Origin: Candidatus Aenigmatarchaeota archaeon
GTDB lineage: Archaea > Aenigmatarchaeota > Aenigmatarchaeia > CG10238-14 > SCSR01
NCBI GenBank assembly: GCA_038998625.1
Contig: JAWADS010000009.1
Coordinates: 1-17,155 of the forward strand
Direction of reading: 5' to 3'
Length of the DNA stretch: 17,155 bases
The notes under the pieces were generated by a model. That model saw nothing but the letters and a program-made list of their open reading frames with translations. It ran no database searches and was not told the DNA's origin. This document shows, in pieces, positions 8,655 to 15,536 of this stretch; within the stretch, counting starts at the first letter, position 1; the number at the start of each line of letters is the position of its first letter. The translations under genes were made by a program, and so were the position numbers.

Positions 8655-9044
8655 TCATAAATACTTGAAAATATCTACTTGTGGAGCTGGCCCGGTTTGA
8701 TATTGCGATAAAAGAAAATTTCCCAAAAGCATACCGATTCCTGTAGCCAATCCTTTATAGGCAACCATCGGATTAAATTCTCTGATTGCTTCTCCATTTC
8801 GTTTTATTTTGGGAAACGCTCTAAACACACCATAAACAATTCTTGCCCACGAAACTCCTTGCGATATTACATCGTCCCCATGAGTACCTGCAGGTGCATA
8901 TCCCGGAAATTTAAGAATAGTTGGCTCAGCAAGCTCTGGAAAATAAGCAGTTGATATCCAAGTCAGGCTATCTACTCCTAAACCGTATAAAAATCCTTTT
9001 CCAAATGATATACTTAATTCTTTTAAAAGGTTTCTTATTTGCAT
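8655..9044 (-). CDS. Hypothetical protein with Gly-rich hydrophobic helices
   Basis: 129-aa ORF with a BRE/TATA (CGAAAAA-TTTATATG, 9068-9082 minus) about 24 nt upstream of ATG; no family recognised. Confidence 0.7.
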   Translation of the reverse strand: MQIRNLLKELSISFGKGFLYGLGVDSLTWISTAYFPELAEPTILKFPGYAPAGTHGDDVISQGVSWARIVYGVFRAFPKIKRNGEAIREFNPMVAYKGLATGIGMLLGNFLLSQYQTGPAPQVDIFKYL

Positions 9045-9067
9045 GATTTTTTTAAATCAAACATGTA

Positions 9068-9121
9068 CATATAAATTTTTCGCTACTTAAAAATAGTAAT
9101 ATTTATAAGTAGTAACTACTT
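9068..9121. promoter_or_regulatory. Divergent archaeal promoter pair with operator-like palindromes
   Basis: Minus-strand BRE/TATA 9068-9082; plus-strand TTTATAAG 9102-9109; TACT-N7-AGTA 9084-9098; AAGTAGT-A-ACTACTT 9107-9121. Confidence 0.55.
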
Positions 9122-9131
9122 TATAGTAATC

Positions 9132-9311
9132 ATGTCAAACAAAACTATGACCAAGGGCTTTGACCCATTGAAAGATATAAGATTTTTGCATGAACAGCTT
9201 TTCTTGACAAAACAGGCTTTATTCTCTGCAAGAAGTGTTAGAGAGATAAAAGCCCTTCAAGATAGAATTAACTTTTTAATGAAGAAGATAAAAGAATTGA
9301 ATAAAAAGTAA
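9132..9311 (+). CDS. Small basic helical-hairpin/coiled-coil protein, 59 aa; absent from the ORF track
   Basis: MSNKTMTKGFDPLKDIRFLHEQLFLTKQALFSARSVREIKALQDRINFLMKKIKELNKK; TATA box about 23 nt upstream (leaderless spacing); heptad-like hydrophobic pattern. Confidence 0.65.
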   Translation: MSNKTMTKGFDPLKDIRFLHEQLFLTKQALFSARSVREIKALQDRINFLMKKIKELNKK

Positions 9312-9483
9312 TTCTCGTTTTCTTAAAACTTAAACTCATAAAATATGCTTCTGCGCACTAACGTCTTTCACTTTTGGATAAGACTAAATATTCCGAATAT
9401 TAATTCAGTCGAACTAACATTCAAATCTTTTAGGCCCAATAATGCGACAGAACCTAAAATATCAAACTTTTACTAATTTTGAG

Positions 9484-9584
9484 TAGCCCCGGGCAGATTC
9501 GAATTCGGCGGTATTACCTCTGCCGTCTTCAGGTCCAGAGCCTGACGTCCTTTCGGCTCCAATTGGCCGCTAGACGACGGGGCT
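9484..9584 (-). tRNA. tRNA-Gln(CTG) with two non-canonical introns (9552-9563, 12 nt, D-loop; 9504-9519, 16 nt, position 53/54); CCA not encoded
   Basis: Removing both inserts gives a 73-nt cloverleaf AGCCCCG TC GTCT AGCGGCCAA GGAC G TCAGG CTCTGGA CCTGA AGAC GGCAG TTCGAAT CTGCC CGGGGCT A, with the A1-U72 pair typical of archaeal tRNA-Gln. Both junctions fold as BHB-type motifs. Confidence 0.93.
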
Positions 9585-9629
9585 ACAGAAAATTATTTAT
9601 CTTTTAATTTTTATAATTTAAGTGGGCTT

Positions 9630-10571
9630 TTGAATATAAAATTTAATAAAAATGAAGTTGACTTTTTGATTGATGAATTTTCTATTTTAACAGATTCTCT
9701 TTATCAGTTAAAAATAGATGGATTAAAGAAAGGAAGTAGAGTTTACAGTGTGAATCTACCATTAAATGCCGATGTTTACATAATTGATTCTTTAAGTGGT
9801 AAAGATATAGCATGCCATCCTTCAATAGTTGGGGAGGAATTAGAAAAATTGTGTTTAGATGTTGCAGAAGATGCAGCACGTACAATGATAAAATTAGGTT
9901 TTGTTACTCATGATTATATGTATATAGATGTACTGAGAGCCGCCCCAGGATATAAACTTGAAGAAGCCCTTCATCGCTTAGGAAAAGAAATTAAACAAAA
10001 AAGCATAATAAGGCCAAGATATACTCAACCATCTTATAGAGATCATGAAGGTGGCTCGAAAAAAATTGAAATTATCTTTGAAAATTTTGATAATTTCCCA
10101 GAAAATAAAAAATTACATATTATAAAGCCCGATACAGAAGCGACAGGCAGAACAAGCGAAGCTGTACTTAAAAGAATTATAGAAGTTGCCGAGAATAAAA
10201 ACTGTGAAATAGATAGCGTTTTGCTTTATGGTTTTATTTCAGAATCAGGCTTAGAACATATAGTGAAATTTTTAACTCCGTATAACATAAAAGTTGCTGC
10301 ATTTGCGATTGGCAATATAACTGCACTTTATAGTAACGGTTATGATATGCCAATATATGGGCCGGATGAACATTATTATTCTCTTCATAAAGTGATAAAA
10401 AAATTAGGTGGTATCATACCTAGAGAAACGCTTGAAAGGTATGTAAATGAATTTATACCAGGTAGCGATCAGCCTGGGGATTGGTCAGCTAGATTTAAAA
10501 AAGTGTTTAATGGCATTGATTTCGAATCTGGAGGAATTTCAAACCATTTAAGAAATTCAATAAGTTTTTAA
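9630..10571 (+). CDS. Divergent type I phosphoribosyltransferase, UPRT-like; possibly extends to 10693 via a -1 frame change
   Basis: IDVLRAAPG ~ UPRT VPILRAGLG; KPDTEATGRT ~ PRPP loop DPMLATGGS; ISESGL ~ AAPEGI; LYSNGYDMP...PGDW ~ LNEHGYIIPGLGDAGD. Aligned by eye. Confidence 0.65.
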   Translation: MNIKFNKNEVDFLIDEFSILTDSLYQLKIDGLKKGSRVYSVNLPLNADVYIIDSLSGKDIACHPSIVGEELEKLCLDVAEDAARTMIKLGFVTHDYMYIDVLRAAPGYKLEEALHRLGKEIKQKSIIRPRYTQPSYRDHEGGSKKIEIIFENFDNFPENKKLHIIKPDTEATGRTSEAVLKRIIEVAENKNCEIDSVLLYGFISESGLEHIVKFLTPYNIKVAAFAIGNITALYSNGYDMPIYGPDEHYYSLHKVIKKLGGIIPRETLERYVNEFIPGSDQPGDWSARFKKVFNGIDFESGGISNHLRNSISF

Positions 10572-10724
10572 AAAAATTAAAGAATATCTTGCAAAAAATG
10601 CCCAGTATACAAGATCTTTTCCCTAAATACGAAAAAATGATAAACAACGAATTGAACCTTTTGAACAAACAATTGAAGGTTTATAAACTTTAAAATTGAA
10701 AAATTTTAAAGATAAGGATGAAGG

Positions 10725-11207
10725 GTGGCTCACAAACAAACTTCTGAATTTAACTCTGCTTCTTTAGCTGAATTTCTAAAAAAGGAAAAAATTTGGTTTA
10801 AACTTCATGAGTTTGAAGAAGATGTAAAAACTGCAGAAAAAGCTTCTAGGCAAGTGCCCCAAGAAAAAATTATAAAATCTTTAGTTTTCATGGATTCTAA
10901 CCAAGAGCCTTTTATAGTAATTATCCAAGCTAACAAAAAAGTGGACTTTAAAAAAGTTAAAAAGGTTTTAGGAGTAAAGGATGTAAGATTGGCGAGCGCG
11001 AACGAAGTTTTAGAAAATTCTGGTTATGCTGTAGGAGCAGTGCCTCCCATTTTTTATAAAAATGTGAAAAGAGTAATTGTTGATGCCAAAACAACAAAAA
11101 TTGATGTAGTTTTTGCTGGAGGCGGAGATGTAAATAAGTTAATAGAAATGAAAATGGAGGATATAATTAAGCTCAATAATGCTATAATTGAAGATATAAG
11201 TGAATAA
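10725..11207 (+). CDS. YbaK/ProXp (INS superfamily) aminoacyl-tRNA deacylase
   Basis: IIKSLVF (conserved Lys), VRLASANEV, SGYAVGAVPPI (GxxxP loop), VFAGGG. Confidence 0.9.
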   Translation: MAHKQTSEFNSASLAEFLKKEKIWFKLHEFEEDVKTAEKASRQVPQEKIIKSLVFMDSNQEPFIVIIQANKKVDFKKVKKVLGVKDVRLASANEVLENSGYAVGAVPPIFYKNVKRVIVDAKTTKIDVVFAGGGDVNKLIEMKMEDIIKLNNAIIEDISE

Positions 11208-11209
11208 AA

Positions 11210-12880
11210 ATGAGGATCTTGCAAAACCATGTAGATTTCATCGAATATGAGCCTATTGAAAAAGAAATAAAAATAGCTGAAACGGTAGAAAAGAAAAAAT
11301 ATCGATTTGAAGATGGTTTAGTTTTATTTACTTGTGTTGAAGAGGGGGATAATGAAAAAGTAGCACAAAAAGTTGTAAAAGAATTAAAGGAATTTTTGGA
11401 GAAAGTTAGAGTTAATAAGATTTTGATTTATCCTTATGCCCATTTAAGTCAAAATTTAGCTGAACCAAAAAAAGCACTAGAACTTTTAAAGAAAATGGAA
11501 GAGTATGCAAAAAAATTGAAAATTGAAGTTTCCCGTGCTCCTTTTGGATGGAACAAGAAGTTTACATTATCTATTAAACCTCACCCATTGGCAGAAATGT
11601 TTCGAGTTTATACTCCAGAAAAAGATGTGAGAATTGAAGAAAAGGTAAAAAGGGTTGGAAAGAAGCCTGCTATTCCTACGGAAAAATTGCCAGAGCACGA
11701 TCATAGAATCCTTGGCCCAAAATTAGGTTTATTTACTTTTTCTGAATTTGGCCCAGGTGTCGCCTTTTTTCACCATCATGGCATGACCTTAAGAAATATA
11801 TTAATTGATTTTTGGAGAAGGGAACATAAAAAAAGGGGCTACCTAGAAATTAATACTCCAATTTTACTTAGTGAAGAAATTTGGAAAATAAGTGGCCATT
11901 GGGATCATTATAAGGATTTGATGTTTTTTACCTCAGGTGAAGAAATAGATTATGCTTTAAAACCAATGAATTGTCCTGGAGCAATTTTAGTTTTTAAATC
12001 TGCCAGCAGAAGCTACAAAGACTTGCCCTTAAGATTGGCTGAGTTAGGGTTGGTTAGTAGAAACGAATTAAGTGGTGTGCTCACAGGCTTATTTAGAATG
12101 AGGGTCTTCACTCAAGATGATGCCCACATTTTTGTGACCGAAGAACAAATAGAAGATGAAATTAGTGAAATAATTCGATTGATTGATTATTTTTATAAAA
12201 TATTTAACTTTCCTTATCGAGTGAAGCTTTCCACCAGACCTGAAAAATTTATGGGAAGTAAAGAGGTTTGGGATAAAGCTGAAGATAGTTTGAAAAAGGC
12301 ATTGAATAAAAATAAAATAAAATACGAAATAGATCCTGGGGAAGGAGCCTTTTATGGCCCTAAGATAGATTTTCACATAAAAGATTCTTTGGGTAGAGAA
12401 TGGCAGCTGGCAACTATACAATTAGATTTTTTAATGCCTGAAAGGTTTGATGTAAGCTATGTAGGCAAAGACGGAAAATTACATAGGCCTGTTATAATTC
12501 ATAGAGTTATTTATGGTAGCATTGAGAGGTTCATTGGAATTTTAGTGGAGCATTATCAGGGAAAGTTTCCATTATGGTTATCACCTATACAACTTAGAAT
12601 CCTCCCTATTTCACAAGAAAATTTGAAATATGCAAAGAAAATTGCTAAAGAGGTAGAAGAAAGTGGCTTAAGAGTTGATCTTGATATTGAAGGGACAATT
12701 GAATACAGAATTAGAAATGCCCAATTACAAAAAATTCCTTATATGATTATTGTTGGAAAAAGAGAAGAGAAAAATGAAACCATAGCAGTAAGGAATAGGG
12801 AGGGAAAAGTAAAATATGATGTTAAATTAGAAGATTTCATTAAACAAACTCAGAAAGAAATAAAAAAATTTTTAGGCTGA
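11210..12880 (+). CDS. thrS: Threonyl-tRNA synthetase: archaeal-type editing domain plus bacterial-type catalytic and anticodon-binding domains
   Basis: N-terminal HVDFIEY, YPYAHLS, APFGWNK, HPLAE; core DHR, SGHWDHY, LKPMNCPG, FTQDDAHIF, GEGAFYGPKID, IIHRVIYGSIERFIGILVEHY. Confidence 0.97.
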   Translation: MRILQNHVDFIEYEPIEKEIKIAETVEKKKYRFEDGLVLFTCVEEGDNEKVAQKVVKELKEFLEKVRVNKILIYPYAHLSQNLAEPKKALELLKKMEEYAKKLKIEVSRAPFGWNKKFTLSIKPHPLAEMFRVYTPEKDVRIEEKVKRVGKKPAIPTEKLPEHDHRILGPKLGLFTFSEFGPGVAFFHHHGMTLRNILIDFWRREHKKRGYLEINTPILLSEEIWKISGHWDHYKDLMFFTSGEEIDYALKPMNCPGAILVFKSASRSYKDLPLRLAELGLVSRNELSGVLTGLFRMRVFTQDDAHIFVTEEQIEDEISEIIRLIDYFYKIFNFPYRVKLSTRPEKFMGSKEVWDKAEDSLKKALNKNKIKYEIDPGEGAFYGPKIDFHIKDSLGREWQLATIQLDFLMPERFDVSYVGKDGKLHRPVIIHRVIYGSIERFIGILVEHYQGKFPLWLSPIQLRILPISQENLKYAKKIAKEVEESGLRVDLDIEGTIEYRIRNAQLQKIPYMIIVGKREEKNETIAVRNREGKVKYDVKLEDFIKQTQKEIKKFLG

Positions 12881-13684
12881 TTTGGAACGACTCCAAGCCA
12901 AATTAAATAAAGGTTCTAATATGCTTCCAGCAGCATGCTCGCTTTTACTCCAAAGCGCAATATCTTGAGTTGCATGAACTTTTGGATCAGTGAGATGAAA
13001 TACCAATTGCTTTCCATCAATTACAGCAAATCTTCCACCGATAGGAAATTCTTTTTCATCCGCATATCTAATTTCTGCTATGGTAGACAATGTTTTTATC
13101 GCTTCTTCAGCTTTTTCATTGGATAAGGTAAGAATTCTTATATCGACTCCTTTCTCTTTAGCCTTCTTTAAAACTTCGAAATGATATTCCACCAGATCCT
13201 TTAATCCCTCAGGGGTTGTCACTATTTTGATTTTTTCGCTGGCCTGTTTAAACATAGAATCTAATTGTTGCAAAACTGAGAATTTACCTTTTAAAGCTCC
13301 AGTAATTTCTTCCGGTGCAACAAGTTTTACCCCTTTTTGATATATCTCCATCAATTCCCTCATTACAGCTGAATTCTTTATATCTTCAATCCTTTCCTCC
13401 ATAATTTTGAAATCTTCTTGTAATTTCTTTTTATGCCTATCTAACGCTTCCTCTGGCGAAACTGCAACAAATTTTATAGGCTTGCCAGTTTGAATTATAA
13501 CAAAACCCTTTTCAGCTAAGCTTTGCAAAACATCATATGCCCTAGATCTAGGAACATTTGCCAAAGTAGCTAGCTCGCCAGCCGTAGATGTTCCCCTAGC
13601 CAATAAAGCTACCCATAAATTTCTCTCATATAAATTAAGACCTATACTTTTCAAAGCATCAAGAACTTTATTTGAAGCTATCAT
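12872..13684 (-). CDS. TrmB-family transcriptional regulator / chromatin protein
   Basis: GLNLYE...TAGELATLANVPRSRAYDVLQSLAEKGFV wHTH, coiled coil, PLD-like C-terminal domain (RFAVIDGKQL). ATG 13684 preferred over GTG 13693. Converges on thrS with a 9-nt overlap. Confidence 0.92.
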   Translation of the reverse strand: MIASNKVLDALKSIGLNLYERNLWVALLARGTSTAGELATLANVPRSRAYDVLQSLAEKGFVIIQTGKPIKFVAVSPEEALDRHKKKLQEDFKIMEERIEDIKNSAVMRELMEIYQKGVKLVAPEEITGALKGKFSVLQQLDSMFKQASEKIKIVTTPEGLKDLVEYHFEVLKKAKEKGVDIRILTLSNEKAEEAIKTLSTIAEIRYADEKEFPIGGRFAVIDGKQLVFHLTDPKVHATQDIALWSKSEHAAGSILEPLFNLAWSRSKSA

Positions 13685-13688
13685 TTTT

Positions 13689-13729
13689 ATCACTAATTAC
13701 TAAGTAGTGATTTAGTATTTAAGTTTTTA
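13689..13729 (-). promoter_or_regulatory. Promoter of the TrmB-family gene with overlapping inverted repeats (candidate autoregulatory operator)
   Basis: TATA-like CTTAAATA (13716-13723, minus) with A-rich BRE; ATCACTA-N9-TAGTGAT 13689-13711; TACTAA-N8-TTAGTA 13698-13717. Confidence 0.5.
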
Positions 13730-13739
13730 AAGGAATAGT

Positions 13740-13761
13740 AAAAAAGAGAAAAAATAAAAAA
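13740..13761 (-). terminator. Oligo-T terminator candidate downstream of lig
   Basis: Consecutive oligo-T tracts on the minus strand about 10 nt after the lig stop codon. Confidence 0.4.
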
Positions 13762-13770
13762 CTTTCTATT

Positions 13771-15477
13771 TCACCCCGCCCTTCCTTGAGATTCAAAAAG
13801 ATTTTTAATTCTTTCTAAAGTATCTGCTTCTGTCGGGCCTTTATCTTCTCTAATTCTTATAAATCTGGGAAAACGAAGGGCAAAACCAGATTCATAATTT
13901 GGAGATTTTTGAATTTCTTGATAACCAGCTTCTATAACAATTTTAGGTTTAACTTTTACTTCTTTTCCTTTTTCAGAAATTATCAATTTTTTCAAAAGAT
14001 TCGTCATCATTTCATATTCTTCTTCAGTTAGGCCAGTAGATAGCATACCACACCTCAAAAACTTTCCTGTATTAGGGTCCCTTACTGCCAATTCATAGCT
14101 TGTTAGCCATTTGGCTCTTGACCCTTCACCCCAAGTGGCACCAACTATTACACAATCTAAAGTTTCTTTAACTGGTTTTATTTTATACCAACCTCCTACA
14201 TGCCTACCAAAAATATATTTAGAGCTAGGGACCTTTAGGAAAATTCCCTCTTGCTTTGCATCAAGGGCTTCCTTGTAAAATTTTTCTAAAGCCTTTATGT
14301 CGTCTGTATAAATCATTTTTGCTAATTGAAATTTCTGTGGTATTTCCTTAACAATTTTTTCTAAAATTTTTCTTCTTTGTATTAAAGGTGTATCAAAAAG
14401 CATTTTTCTATCCACGTAAACAGCATCAAACAAATTAACTTGCACTGGAATAGCTTTTACCATCCCTTCAATATCATATTTTCTATGTACCCTTTGACTC
14501 AGCTTTTGAAATGGAATAGGCAACCCAGTTTTTGGATCTATCCCTAAAATTTCTCCTTCCACAATACATTCTTCAGCTTTTAAACCTTCTCTACACAATT
14601 CAACCACATCAGGAAATTGTTTTGTCACATCCTCCAATCGTCTAGTATATATCCAAATATTCTTTCCTTTTTTATGCCCCTGCATTCTAATTCCATCATA
14701 CTTGTATTCAGCAATGAGCTTGCCAAAATCTTTTACAACACTTTCTATATTTTCAGCTGCTAATCCTAACATGACTTGTATTGGTTTGCCCACTTGAACT
14801 TTCACATTCCTTAATCCTTTGATTCCTTTTTCTTTTGCAATTTTAGCAACTTCACCAAAATCAGATAAAATGTTCCAAGCATAGTCCACAGCTTCAACAG
14901 CCTTTTCTTTTTCTTCCTTTGTATAACCTTCTTTTAACAAAAAGGCTTGAACAATGGCGTCGCGAATAATTCCTTCAGCTGCACCAACTCTAAGTTCTTC
15001 TAAAATTGTTCTAACTATGTAGCGGGCTTCCTTTGGTGAGGCAGAAACTATTAATTCAGAAATTAAATTCAATTTCTTTTCTTGTGAACCCTCGCCTGTT
15101 ATAGTAGCAAGCTTTTGTAAATTTTGAAAAACAAAATCAACAGTCAACTTTTTCCTAAATAGGGCCATTTGTTTTTTCAATTTAATACATTCCTCTGCTA
15201 CTAATCCTAAGTCTCCTAATTTCGCAAACCTTTTCTCTATTTCTTCAGTTTTAAATCCAGTGGCCTTTGATATAGCTTTAATCATCATTTGAGTTGCTAT
15301 GCCAAGCTCATAGCCTGTAAATTTTGGAAAAACGACTCCTTGTGATAATAATACAACTTTAGGAAGTAATTGAGGAGGAGTTTTAGAGAATAGATCGGCC
15401 AATATTTCTGTTTTTTTAAGTTTTGAAGAAACAGCTTCTAATTTTTCGTAATATTCAGTTAATATAGAGTAATCCAT
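13771..15477 (-). CDS. lig: ATP-dependent DNA ligase
   Basis: Motif I EYKYDGIR, III VEGEI, IIIa LFDAVY, IV EGIFLK, V WYKIKP, VI ALRFPRFIRIREDK; N-terminal DNA-binding domain. Confidence 0.97.
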   Translation of the reverse strand: MDYSILTEYYEKLEAVSSKLKKTEILADLFSKTPPQLLPKVVLLSQGVVFPKFTGYELGIATQMMIKAISKATGFKTEEIEKRFAKLGDLGLVAEECIKLKKQMALFRKKLTVDFVFQNLQKLATITGEGSQEKKLNLISELIVSASPKEARYIVRTILEELRVGAAEGIIRDAIVQAFLLKEGYTKEEKEKAVEAVDYAWNILSDFGEVAKIAKEKGIKGLRNVKVQVGKPIQVMLGLAAENIESVVKDFGKLIAEYKYDGIRMQGHKKGKNIWIYTRRLEDVTKQFPDVVELCREGLKAEECIVEGEILGIDPKTGLPIPFQKLSQRVHRKYDIEGMVKAIPVQVNLFDAVYVDRKMLFDTPLIQRRKILEKIVKEIPQKFQLAKMIYTDDIKALEKFYKEALDAKQEGIFLKVPSSKYIFGRHVGGWYKIKPVKETLDCVIVGATWGEGSRAKWLTSYELAVRDPNTGKFLRCGMLSTGLTEEEYEMMTNLLKKLIISEKGKEVKVKPKIVIEAGYQEIQKSPNYESGFALRFPRFIRIREDKGPTEADTLERIKNLFESQGRAG

Positions 15478-15536
15478 ATTATCCTCAATTCACAATTTAA
15501 ATCTATTGACGTTTATAAATTTTTATTAGTGGGTTC

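Noticed and set aside
9345..9476. 43-codon plus-strand ORF (MLLRTNVFHFWIRLNIP...) between the 59-aa gene and tRNA-Gln
   Set aside because: No RBS, no recognisable motif and atypical composition for this genome; cannot be supported, though not excluded.
8600..9483. Integrated element at tRNA-Gln with an att duplication
   Set aside because: I found no repeat of the tRNA 3' end and no integrase or transposase in the window.
9484..9584. Split or permuted tRNA, or tRNA pseudogene
   Set aside because: All exons are collinear in normal order and rejoin into a complete cloverleaf, so cis-spliced introns explain the sequence.
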